DNA of 44,361 nucleotides. Origin: a virus (Duplodnaviria > Caudoviricetes). Both the position numbers and the translations under genes were made by a program. Position 1 is the first letter of the stretch. Every line of letters begins with the position of its first letter. The notes under the pieces are model-generated. The model was not told the DNA's origin. It ran no database searches and saw only the letters and a program-made list of their open reading frames with translations. The stretch is taken from the IMG/VR virus record IMGVR_UViG_3300012940_000010, positions 1 to 44,361 of that record; one strand, given 5' to 3'. This document shows positions 1 through 7,267 of the stretch, one piece after another.

Positions 1-97
1 ATCGGCCAAGGCTGCGAGAAAGGCTTTATTCCAGCCATTCTTGACGGCTTCCGCGCGATACGAGGCTTTCAGTTCCTCGAATTGCCCGAAGGTCGAA
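1..97. repeat. 97-bp terminal overlap, identical to 44265-44361 (circular assembly)
   Basis: Bases 1-97 match 44265-44361 exactly and the overlap falls inside an open gene. Confidence 0.95.
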
Positions 98-663
98 ACG
101 TCGTTCATGGCATTGGCGATCTCAGATGAGACGCGCTCCCATTCTCCATCACGCTTCAACTGCGCGCTGCTCTTGGCTGGCGGGTCTGGTTCGACCGGCT
201 CATGTCCGACATTCGCTTGCGTCTTGTCGTAGAGCGCCAGACCGAACGGGTTGCCGAAGGTCATCAGGGCGCGCTTCATCGCGTCCGTCTCGGCTTCCTT
301 GACGGCGCTTTCTATGGCATCGCCAAGGGCTTCGGGTTTCGCCATGCCGGAACCGTAGCCGGTACCCTCGCGGACGATATCGCCAACCGTGACGCGGACA
401 CGGGCGATGTAGGAAACCCGCCACTGATCGTAATCGGGCTTGCCGCGATAGCCTGGAACCTTCACCAGATTGCGGCTCGTTTCCTGCAAATCGACGGTTT
501 CGCGGTGCCATCCGTCAAAGCCGAAAATCCGGTTGGCTTCCGAGATTGCCCACCATCCTTCGATGTAGGACAACTCGCGTCCCGCCTGCTCGCGCTTGGC
601 GACATACTGCGGGTCAAGCTTCGCCTTGAGGGCGGCGACCTGCTGGTCGGTGAACTGCGTCAT
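1..663 (-). CDS. Rad52/Sak-family single-strand annealing recombinase, 5' part (continues across the junction to stop at 44133; 264 aa in total)
   Basis: Manual translation, absent from the ORF track: MTQFTDQQVAALKAKLDPQYVAKREQAGRELSYIEGWWAISEANRIFGFDGW...GTGYGSG...AVKEAETDAMKRALMTFGNPFGLALYD (Rad52 motifs); lies directly upstream of ssb. Confidence 0.92.
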   Translation of the reverse strand, partial: MTQFTDQQVAALKAKLDPQYVAKREQAGRELSYIEGWWAISEANRIFGFDGWHRETVDLQETSRNLVKVPGYRGKPDYDQWRVSYIARVRVTVGDIVREGTGYGSGMAKPEALGDAIESAVKEAETDAMKRALMTFGNPFGLALYDKTQANVGHEPVEPDPPAKSSAQLKRDGEWERVSSEIANAMNDVSTFGQFEELKASYRAEAVKNGWNKAFLAALAD

Positions 664-920
664 TGGGAAATCTCCTGGATCTTCTCGCGGTAGTGGCGCG
701 CCTGCCGAATGTAGCGATGCGCCACGCGGTAATTGTCGTTCGAGGCCCCGACGTTTCCCCATCGCCGTTCGCGACGTGCGCAGCGCAGGAAGATCAATGC
801 CTGCTCGACGCTGCTTTCCATTCGCTGCTCCAGCCATTCGCGCCGGTTCCACATGTCCAGCCCTGAAAGGGGCGGGGATGTTTCTATGAAGGGGTCGAAG
901 ACGTGGTGGGGGGTGTTCAT
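660..920 (-). CDS. hypothetical phage protein
   Basis: 86-aa ORF overlapping both neighbours by 4 bp in the leftward early operon. Confidence 0.65.
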   Translation of the reverse strand: MNTPHHVFDPFIETSPPLSGLDMWNRREWLEQRMESSVEQALIFLRCARRERRWGNVGASNDNYRVAHRYIRQARHYREKIQEISQ

Positions 921-1186
921 GACGAGGCCTCGCGGGCCTTGAGCATGGCATCGGCTATCGTGTACGCGTCTTTCGCGACGTCATTGAACACGACCCTATC
1001 CCTAGCGCGCGGAGCCTTTCCTCGGTCGTCAACGGCCGCCGCGCAAAGCCCCGCTAGTATCCCGGAAAGGGCCTGCCCCGCGAAGTAATCACGAAGGGTC
1101 CTGCCAGGGCAGGACGCTATAGCTCCATAGGGGAGTTTCCATTCGGCGGGGAATGCGGTTCCGCCGTAGTCGAAAAGGTTCTTCAC
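917..1186 (-). CDS. conserved phage hypothetical protein (GGxAFP...LRDYFAGQAL family)
   Basis: Motifs GGTAFP and TLRDYFAGQAL...AYTIADAMLKAR, recurrent in temperate phage early regions. Confidence 0.75.
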   Translation of the reverse strand: MKNLFDYGGTAFPAEWKLPYGAIASCPGRTLRDYFAGQALSGILAGLCAAAVDDRGKAPRARDRVVFNDVAKDAYTIADAMLKAREASS

Positions 1187-1305
1187 GGCATCATCCTCAT
1201 CACATCAATCGCCTCGTATCTGCCGACCATGACAATGGCAGCGATGATAAGGAGGCAGGTGGGGCGGGGGTTGTTGGCGAGCCATTCCGAGCAACGGTCA
1301 AGCAT
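1183..1305 (-). CDS. small hydrophobic protein (40 aa)
   Basis: MLDRCSEWLANNPRPTCLLIIAAIVMVGRYEAIDVMRMMP; fills the gap and overlaps both neighbours. Confidence 0.5.
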   Translation of the reverse strand: MLDRCSEWLANNPRPTCLLIIAAIVMVGRYEAIDVMRMMP

Positions 1306-1513
1306 CGGACTGCTCCGCTGCGCGCTCGTTCCATCCGTAGTGCGTTAGCGAGATCATCTCATCGGGCGGGCATTGGCCATATTCCGTCTGACCCCGAGCG
1401 CCGCAGTTCTGGCACTCAATCCAGCCTTCCTGAACGTTGTCTCGTGAGGTGCGAACTTCGCACTTGAGGGCGTCCTTTTCGCCGCAGAACGGGCAGGGCT
1501 TGAGGTTACGCAT
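1298..1513 (-). CDS. Lar-family restriction alleviation zinc-ribbon protein
   Basis: LKPCPFCG...IECQNCGARG...WNER signature. Confidence 0.8.
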   Translation of the reverse strand: MRNLKPCPFCGEKDALKCEVRTSRDNVQEGWIECQNCGARGQTEYGQCPPDEMISLTHYGWNERAAEQSDA

Positions 1514-1868
1514 GGCTCATCTCCCTCGCTTCACGCCTCCGCAAATCGCCAAGAGACGCCCTGAAATCCGCGCATTCCCTCTCGACAACCTCGTCCAGAA
1601 GGTCTTCGTCGTTCTGCGCCATGTCGGCTATGCGGTGGCCTAGAAGGGCCATGAGGGGATCGGCAGCGTCGGAGAACATCGACACTAGCTGCGTCGGCTC
1701 CCGCCAGTCGGACACATCGCGAAGGATGTCATCAACGACGAGGTAGGGTTCTCCCTGATCGTAGTCGATGCTCACCACAAGCTCGACAGAGTAGTCAGGC
1801 AGCCAGACGCGGCCGTCAGGCATGGTGATGTTTGGTTCGTACAAAACGCGCATATCAATAACTCCCAC
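1506..1868 (-). CDS. hypothetical phage protein
   Basis: 120-aa acidic ORF in the tightly packed operon. Confidence 0.65.
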   Translation of the reverse strand: MGVIDMRVLYEPNITMPDGRVWLPDYSVELVVSIDYDQGEPYLVVDDILRDVSDWREPTQLVSMFSDAADPLMALLGHRIADMAQNDEDLLDEVVERECADFRASLGDLRRREAREMSHA

Positions 1869-2307
1869 GTGCCCAGCGGAGTTGTTCCTGTAGCCGCTCG
1901 ACTTCCTTTTCGAGGTCGGCTATCCGCCCGTCTTTGATTTCGTCGCTGTAGAGCTTCGCCAGCGTTTCGCGGACCTTCTCGGTGCGATAACCCTCTGGCG
2001 AGATGTATTTGACGTTGGCCCACTTCTCGCCGCCGATCAGCGCCTTAACGCTGTTCTCGACCATGCGGGCCATTGTCATGTGAGCATTGTATTCGGTATC
2101 CGACAGAAGCCAGTCACGGAAGGCGTCCCACACGCGCTCTTTCACGGCATCAAGGACGGGCTTCATGATTTCCTCCGCCAGATGCTCGGCGTGTTCTTCC
2201 TGCCAATGCGCAAGGAAGCGTTCGGCGGCTTCACGCGCGGCGAAATACTCCCCGCCAAGCGATGGATGCTGATTGGCCTGCTCGGTTATTTCCGGGCGGT
2301 ATGTCAC
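1855..2307 (-). CDS. hypothetical phage protein with C-terminal coiled coil
   Basis: 150-aa ORF with a 4-bp overlap with the upstream gene. Confidence 0.7.
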   Translation of the reverse strand: MTYRPEITEQANQHPSLGGEYFAAREAAERFLAHWQEEHAEHLAEEIMKPVLDAVKERVWDAFRDWLLSDTEYNAHMTMARMVENSVKALIGGEKWANVKYISPEGYRTEKVRETLAKLYSDEIKDGRIADLEKEVERLQEQLRWARGSY

Positions 2308-2603
2308 GATACTGCCTCCTTCCTACGTGCCTTGCGGCAGATGATTTCAGCGTGTTCCAGGCTCTCGCGGGTCGGCATCAGGCCAGCGGCGATATCCGCC
2401 TTCCAGTGCCGTATCCATGAGAGGGTGGTGTCTACGGCTTCCCGCAGTCGCTCGACTTCTGACGGCTCGCCATCCCAAGAGATGTAAGGGTCAAGCAGCG
2501 CTTCGATCTTCTCGGCGTGCTCATCGGCAACTTTCAGTTGCTCCCGAAGGCTGCGGTTTTCAGCCTCGACTGCATTGAGGTGGGCGGAGTCCATCGGGGA
2601 CAT
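2304..2603 (-). CDS. hypothetical phage protein
   Basis: 99-aa ORF, tightly packed. Confidence 0.65.
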   Translation of the reverse strand: MSPMDSAHLNAVEAENRSLREQLKVADEHAEKIEALLDPYISWDGEPSEVERLREAVDTTLSWIRHWKADIAAGLMPTRESLEHAEIICRKARRKEAVS

Positions 2604-2604
2604 G

Positions 2605-3123
2605 TCACACCCCCTGATCGGTCGGCTTCGGTTCCCACGCCTGAGACAGGCGTCTTTCGGAAAGAGCCGACTGGCAGGCGATGGTTTCCTTGATGGCTTC
2701 TGCGGAGCCGGTTAGGTCGTAAGAGCCAATGCCCTTGATGTGGATCGTGCCGGAGGTCGCGAACGTCGCGGCGAACTTGTCGTTCAATTCCGGCGTCTGC
2801 ACCTGCCCGATATCAATTCCCGTCATGGGCAGGGCGAACGGCTCTCCCTTGTCAAAGGCCATAGCCACTTGGAATGCCTCGCCGGGTGTGGCGTTGATGT
2901 CGTTGCCTTCTATACCGAGCGCCCATCCCGTCCCGTTGTGGACGATGAGAAGCATGACGCCATCGGTGTAACGGCTTGAGGCAATGCAGACGCTGTTGTC
3001 CGTGTGGCCGGTGATCGTCCAAAGCTCTGTCTGCTTCCAAAGAGCAGTTGCCGAATGGGCCGGCGTCTCAAGAGCGCCCACAATGGCAACGCTGGCGGCT
3101 ATTGCTAGGAGAGTTCGCTTCAT
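2605..3123 (-). CDS. exported protein with signal peptide (172 aa)
   Basis: MKRTLLAIAASVAIVGALETPAHS-A signal-like N-terminus; GAGGG SD 6 nt upstream; two Cys. Confidence 0.75.
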   Translation of the reverse strand: MKRTLLAIAASVAIVGALETPAHSATALWKQTELWTITGHTDNSVCIASSRYTDGVMLLIVHNGTGWALGIEGNDINATPGEAFQVAMAFDKGEPFALPMTGIDIGQVQTPELNDKFAATFATSGTIHIKGIGSYDLTGSAEAIKETIACQSALSERRLSQAWEPKPTDQGV

Positions 3124-3175
3124 CGTCATCCCTCGCTGTCGGCTAGGCTGCCGGTTGGTTGGTGTTAGGAAGGCT

Positions 3176-3292
3176 TCAAAGCCATCCGTCATGGTCTTTG
3201 CGGCGTGTCCTCCACATGTGGCGAACGGCCAATAGAAAGATCGCCGCCCATACGATGCAGAAGGCGATAAGGGTGACTTCGAAGGAGGTCAT
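3176..3292 (-). CDS. small single-TM protein (38 aa)
   Basis: MTSFEVTLIAFCIVWAAIFLLAVRHMWRTRRKDHDGWL; start overlaps the upstream stop. Confidence 0.5.
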   Translation of the reverse strand: MTSFEVTLIAFCIVWAAIFLLAVRHMWRTRRKDHDGWL

Positions 3293-3459
3293 TACACCGC
3301 CTCCACGAACTTGCTCTTGACCCGGAATTTCATGAGTTTCGGCTTCACCATGCCGAAGGCTTCAACCCAGCATTCGATGGCAAGATAGCCATTCTTAAAA
3401 ACGCGGGTGACGGTGCATGCGTGGCTGTTGAACTTTACCTTGTCGCCTACGTTGAACAT
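3292..3459 (-). CDS. first gene of the leftward operon, small beta-barrel-like protein (55 aa)
   Basis: MFNVGDKVKFNSHACTVTRVFKNGYLAIECWVEAFGMVKPKLMKFRVKSKFVEAV; directly downstream of the PL-like promoter. Confidence 0.6.
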   Translation of the reverse strand: MFNVGDKVKFNSHACTVTRVFKNGYLAIECWVEAFGMVKPKLMKFRVKSKFVEAV

Positions 3460-3518
3460 CTCTTCCATCTCCCTCGCTGTCGGCTAGGCGGTTGCCATGT
3501 GCCGTGTTGATGAGAGCC

Positions 3519-3570
3519 AATATCAGTCAGAACAAAATTTCAGTCAAGAAGAAAATTCGTTTTGACTGAA
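3519..3570 (-). promoter_or_regulatory. PL-like promoter with repressor operator repeats
   Basis: Minus strand TTGACT-N17-GATATT; TGACTGA motifs shared with the cI-cro intergenic region (AAATTCGTTTTGACTGAA identical at 3553-3570 and 4477-4494). Confidence 0.75.
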
Positions 3571-3596
3571 AAAAGTTGCCGTGGTAGGTCTGCGGC

Positions 3597-3986
3597 ATGG
3601 ATTACATAGATCTCTGGAACAGGAATCGAGTGGACTGGCTTTACCAGTTGGCCCGCTGCGGAGAGGTAGGCGCTAGCGCCGTCCGGGTGGGGCTTCTGTT
3701 CGCGACGTTCTTGCAGCCGGAAGATCGGGAAGAGGTCCACCCGAAATATTCCTGGCTCGTGGAGCACGCCCACATGAGCCGCGAAACCCTCACCACAGCG
3801 ATCCGTGATCTAGAAGAAGCGGGCTTCCTTGAAGTGACGCGATATCATGCCGAGGGTAACCATTATCGTATGCCATTTACCGGTGAGGCGGAATGGAAAA
3901 GGCAGCGAACAGTGCCGTTTGTCCCCAAGGTGAGAAAAAATCCTCCGCAGGGTCGGCGTCCGAAAACCAATGGGTCTAAAAATTAG
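3597..3986 (+). CDS. winged-HTH protein resembling the N-terminal DNA-binding domain of phage replication initiators
   Basis: HPKYSWLVEHAHMSRETLTTAIRDLEEAGFLEVTR...GNHY pattern (HTH_36-like). Confidence 0.65.
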   Translation: MDYIDLWNRNRVDWLYQLARCGEVGASAVRVGLLFATFLQPEDREEVHPKYSWLVEHAHMSRETLTTAIRDLEEAGFLEVTRYHAEGNHYRMPFTGEAEWKRQRTVPFVPKVRKNPPQGRRPKTNGSKN

Positions 3987-4069
3987 ACTATATAGATATA
4001 CGGTCTCTATATCTCTTTGGAAGGTAGATAGATAAAGACCATATATCTTTATGGTCTAAAAATTAGACT
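3973..4069. other. putative replication origin / protein-binding array
   Basis: GGTCTAAAAATTAGACT at 3973-3989 and 4053-4069 (palindromic core GTCTAA-N3-TTAGAC) flanking an AT-rich spacer with internal inverted repeats. Confidence 0.5.
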
Positions 4070-4410
4070 CAACGTTCGTTTGAGCGCAGAAGGCCTTTCA
4101 CAAAGCCGATGGCTTCGGCCTTCTTTTCAGGGCTGGCGTCCTTGAGAAGGCGGGTAAGGTCAACAACGTCGCCTTCCTTCGTCGGATCATTGTGGAGCAG
4201 ATCCCACGGCTCACAGCGTAGCGCCTCGGCAAGCTCTTCCAGCAACGCTTGGCTGTATCCCTGCCTGCCGTTCTCAAGCTGGGAGATTGCGGACACGACG
4301 ACATCAACGCGGTCAGCTAGCTGCTGCTGCGTCAGACCGCGATACTTGCGCCACTCCCTGATGAAGTGGCGAGGCCTCGCGGAAGGCTTCGGTGTGCGCC
4401 GTGTTCCCAT
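4069..4410 (-). CDS. XRE-family prophage repressor (cI-like) lacking an S24 autoprotease domain
   Basis: IREWRKYRGLTQQQLADRVDVVVSAISQLENGRQGYS HTH; 113 aa; divergent from cro. Confidence 0.88.
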   Translation of the reverse strand: MGTRRTPKPSARPRHFIREWRKYRGLTQQQLADRVDVVVSAISQLENGRQGYSQALLEELAEALRCEPWDLLHNDPTKEGDVVDLTRLLKDASPEKKAEAIGFVKGLLRSNER

Positions 4411-4450
4411 GCGCGGACTCTACTCCGCCGCGAAAATCGCAGAAATAAGC

Positions 4451-4498
4451 TTTGACTGAAATTTTTCTCTTGACTGAAATTCGTTTTGACTGAATAAG
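4451..4498 (+). promoter_or_regulatory. PR-like promoter/operator region
   Basis: Three direct TTGACTGAA copies (4452, 4470, 4486); TTGACT-N17-AATAAG ahead of cro. Confidence 0.75.
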
Positions 4499-4503
4499 GA
4501 GGT

Positions 4504-4704
4504 ATGGAACATCTCATTGCATACTTCAAGGCGAACCGGGGAAAGCAGCGCGAGCTTGCCGAGCACCTGGGCCTTTATCCTTCGACGGTATCGCAGTGGA
4601 AGAATGTCCCACTCGATTACGTCGTGAAAGTTTCCCAGTTCACGGGCATCCCCGCGAAAACCCTTCGCCCTGATGCGGCTGCGATATTCGCGGAGACCGC
4701 TTAA
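4504..4704 (+). CDS. cro: Cro-like (YdaS-type) HTH regulator
   Basis: QRELAEHLGLYPSTVSQWKNVP...TGIPAKTLRPD; divergent from cI. Confidence 0.88.
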   Translation: MEHLIAYFKANRGKQRELAEHLGLYPSTVSQWKNVPLDYVVKVSQFTGIPAKTLRPDAAAIFAETA

Positions 4705-4964
4705 TGCCTTACGGAAACCTTCTCTCCGCCGCAGCACTTCATCCCAAGCTCGCGCATGGTGGTCTTGAGGGCCGCATGAACCGCGCTGGCGGGAAGAACA
4801 AGGCGAGCAACGATATTGTTCTCGTCGCCCCCGTATGTCGATCTCAGACGCGTGTAGAAGGTGAACCGGTAATTCCCGTCTCCGATGTCTTCGACATGGG
4901 AGAGACCGGAAGCGTAGGTGTCCTGAACCACGACCGGTTCGGAAAGCAATTCGACTGCGAGCAT
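4701..4964 (-). CDS. LexA-controlled antisense gene, antirepressor candidate (87 aa)
   Basis: Protein-like ORF opposite to the early operon, GAGGGG SD, SOS box upstream. Confidence 0.65.
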   Translation of the reverse strand: MLAVELLSEPVVVQDTYASGLSHVEDIGDGNYRFTFYTRLRSTYGGDENNIVARLVLPASAVHAALKTTMRELGMKCCGGEKVSVRH

Positions 4965-5034
4965 TACGCCGCCCCTCGTGATGGTGTTGCCCTTCACGGC
5001 AAGTTTCAGTCTGAAACATCAAGGGCGGCAACCC

Positions 5035-5049
5035 GTTCTTTTTCTGTTC
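5035..5049. promoter_or_regulatory. alphaproteobacterial LexA (SOS) box
   Basis: GTTC-TTTTTCT-GTTC, exact GTTC-N7-GTTC, intergenic, overlapping a possible minus-strand TTGCCA-N17-CAGAAA promoter. Confidence 0.8.
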
Positions 5050-5110
5050 ACAGCGTAATTGAATGGCAACGTTACCAAAAAGTTACAGGTGACGTTGGGG
5101 CAGGTGCAGC

Positions 5111-5212
5111 ATGACCGCCTTCCTCACCTACCTATCCATTCTCATTGCCCTGATGACCATAGCCGCAATCGCTCTTGGCATTGCTGCTCGTGAGGGAGAT
5201 CGGGATGACTGA
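5111..5212 (+). CDS. small membrane peptide (33 aa)
   Basis: MTAFLTYLSILIALMTIAAIALGIAAREGDRDD. Confidence 0.45.
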   Translation: MTAFLTYLSILIALMTIAAIALGIAAREGDRDD

Positions 5213-5345
5213 CTTCCTCCGCGATCCCATCCATGTACTCAACCGTATCCGCGTCGGCAAATCCCCGTTCTCGGAACGCTCTCAACACGCGCGCCGCGAT
5301 GATGATGGCCTGTGCGTCAAGCTGGAAGGTGTGCGGCATGGGTGA
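5205..5345 (+). CDS. small hypothetical protein (46 aa)
   Basis: GAGGGAG SD; overlaps both neighbours. Confidence 0.4.
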   Translation: MTDFLRDPIHVLNRIRVGKSPFSERSQHARRDDDGLCVKLEGVRHG

Positions 5346-5634
5346 GCGTATTCCTGATGATGTGTGGGAAACGGCGAAGGATTTCTTCCAGCGCTACTGC
5401 CACTTCACGATGCACATGACTCTCGATAGCGCGGAAGGGTCTGCCAAGCGGGCTATTGCCGAGGCGATCCTTGCTGAAAGAGAACGTTGCGCAAAGATAG
5501 CCGATGACATCGAAGCTGATGCGTGTGCTCGCAGGCTTTCTTACGCGCAGTCCATACCAGAGCGGTGCGGCTACCTCCTGCATGAGGAATATGCAGCGCG
5601 AAAGGTAGCCCGCGCCATCCGAGGGGAGTCCTGA
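5338..5634 (+). CDS. hypothetical phage protein
   Basis: AIAEAILAERERCAKIA...ARAIRG motif common in rhizobial phage early genes. Confidence 0.7.
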   Translation: MGERIPDDVWETAKDFFQRYCHFTMHMTLDSAEGSAKRAIAEAILAERERCAKIADDIEADACARRLSYAQSIPERCGYLLHEEYAARKVARAIRGES

Positions 5635-5988
5635 ATGCTCCCCACTCAATTCACCAATGCCGCACCGTTCCCAGCGGCTAGAGCGGCGGGACCGGCACCC
5701 AAACCCGCAAACTCCCTTGCTGGACTTCCCGTCGCTCACCCTTTCCATTCGGCTGCTGATCGCCTCCCGGCAGCCGAGACCGCGCGGAGGGAGGTTGATT
5801 CCTCCCCGACCTCCCTCCGTCACCCTTCCGCCCTTGAGCTTTTCCGTTCGGGTCTCGATACCTTCGACATAGCAAAACGCCTCGGCATTACCGAAGCGCG
5901 CGCGTCCCGCCTTGTCCATATTCAGCGCTCCGAAGCGCTTGGGTTGCTGGCTCATTCCGAGCCGTATCCGAGATGGGGGCGCAGATGA
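5635..5988 (+). CDS. HTH-containing protein
   Basis: LELFRSGLDTFDIAKRLGITEARASRLV HTH in the C-terminal half; start uncertain. Confidence 0.6.
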   Translation: MLPTQFTNAAPFPAARAAGPAPKPANSLAGLPVAHPFHSAADRLPAAETARREVDSSPTSLRHPSALELFRSGLDTFDIAKRLGITEARASRLVHIQRSEALGLLAHSEPYPRWGRR

Positions 5989-6240
5989 ACACGGCGGTTA
6001 CAGTTCGCTGCGACGCGTATCCGCATGGGCAATTCCGCTTCAGGTGCGCCGGGCCTGTTGGGCAGGTAGCGGAGACGAGGGAACACACCCGCTACCTGCC
6101 CTTCCCCCACCCACTGCGGCTTGCGGGTGTTCTGAAAATTTCTCGGAGCGTTAAGGCCCTCCGAAGCCTTCTTCTTCAACCGCGCGTCCATGACGGCAAT
6201 CAGGCGGCGCGCGGCCTGCTCGTAAGTCTCTTCAAAGTCC

Positions 6241-6651
6241 TTGTGTCGCTCGTTGCTCATGGGAAGAACCATAGAGCAAAGGATCGACAAGGTGTTGTCA
6301 AAGCGTGACGAGAACAAGTCAATGAGTGACGTAACCTATTGCAGAGAGGCTATTAGGGAAGCCTTCCCCAAGAGTAGATACGGCAGCGTTTTTAGTGCGC
6401 AGGTGGAGGCGTTCAACTTCCTCCGCAGGCAGGTTGAAAAGGAAATGACCCTTCGCCGCGTTCGGGCGATTTGGGAAGGTAAAGCCCGCCGCATAGACGG
6501 CGAAGAAAAGGACGCCCTGCGGAGGGCGAAGATCGAGGAAGCACGACGTGAACAACAGGAACTACGCCAGCGCCTTTCCCAACTGGAACAGACGCTTGCC
6601 GCATTGGATGCGCGACAGGCTGGCTTCGTGGGCGAGGACACGGGCGCATAA
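6241..6651 (+). CDS. putative CII-like transcriptional regulator
   Basis: TLRRVRAIWEGKARRIDGEE HTH-like motif plus coiled coil, downstream of cro; true start may be internal. Confidence 0.5.
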   Translation: MCRSLLMGRTIEQRIDKVLSKRDENKSMSDVTYCREAIREAFPKSRYGSVFSAQVEAFNFLRRQVEKEMTLRRVRAIWEGKARRIDGEEKDALRRAKIEEARREQQELRQRLSQLEQTLAALDARQAGFVGEDTGA

Positions 6652-6744
6652 GTGCGCAGACCGCGCGAAGCAATGGGCAGATTTCGCAGATTGGATACTG
6701 CCCGAATCCTCCACCCCTCCCACCGTACAGAAGGATGAAGGCGA

Positions 6745-7128
6745 ATGAACACGCTGTCGTGGCTGATCTATGCGGCTGAGGTTCTCTCCTCGGTAAAGGT
6801 ATTTACTGCACACATCGGCATTACATGCCTGATCTTCGGAATCATCTCTCTCGCCATTTCCGGTGTTTCGGCAGGTATGGGGTGGGCGGATCGCGACGAC
6901 GAGGCCCTTCGGTTTTCCGCCGTAGCATCCAAATGGACACGTACGATATTCAGCATTGGCGCTGTTGCCGGACTTATTTGGACTGCGTCACCAAGCGCTA
7001 ACACAATCTACATGATTGCCGCCTCCGAAGCTGGCGAGGCTGTCGTTACCTCTCCCGAAGCCGTCGAAATGATGGGCGACCTCAAGGAGATCATCAAGAA
7101 GCGCCTCAAGGCCGAACTCGGCGAGTAG
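6745..7128 (+). CDS. phage membrane protein
   Basis: Two hydrophobic segments; PSxxTIYMIAASEAGE motif. Confidence 0.75.
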   Translation: MNTLSWLIYAAEVLSSVKVFTAHIGITCLIFGIISLAISGVSAGMGWADRDDEALRFSAVASKWTRTIFSIGAVAGLIWTASPSANTIYMIAASEAGEAVVTSPEAVEMMGDLKEIIKKRLKAELGE

Positions 7129-7141
7129 AGGCGGCCCCACC

Positions 7142-7267
7142 ATGCACATAAAGCCAGAAGAGCGAGCCTCTCCCTCTCTCATACGTCTATCCCTAGCCAT
7201 TACGGTTCTGTTCCCCGGTGCCGTTGCGGTGCTGTTTGCGTGGGCTGTGTGGAAGGGGTGGCTTTGA
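7142..7267 (+). CDS. small membrane protein (41 aa)
   Basis: MHIKPEERASPSLIRLSLAITVLFPGAVAVLFAWAVWKGWL; stop overlaps the MTase start. Confidence 0.45.
   Translation: MHIKPEERASPSLIRLSLAITVLFPGAVAVLFAWAVWKGWL

Noticed and set aside
1-97. Biological direct terminal repeat
   Set aside because: It falls mid-gene and the terminase is P22-like (headful); an assembly overlap of a circular contig is more likely
202-693. 163-aa plus-strand ORF at the window start
   Set aside because: Antisense shadow of the Rad52/Sak gene, which the track missed because it crosses the junction
5952-6317. 121-aa minus-strand ORF and overlapping 111-aa plus-strand ORF
   Set aside because: No motif or clear RBS, and the region holds a strong hairpin; coding status undecidable by eye
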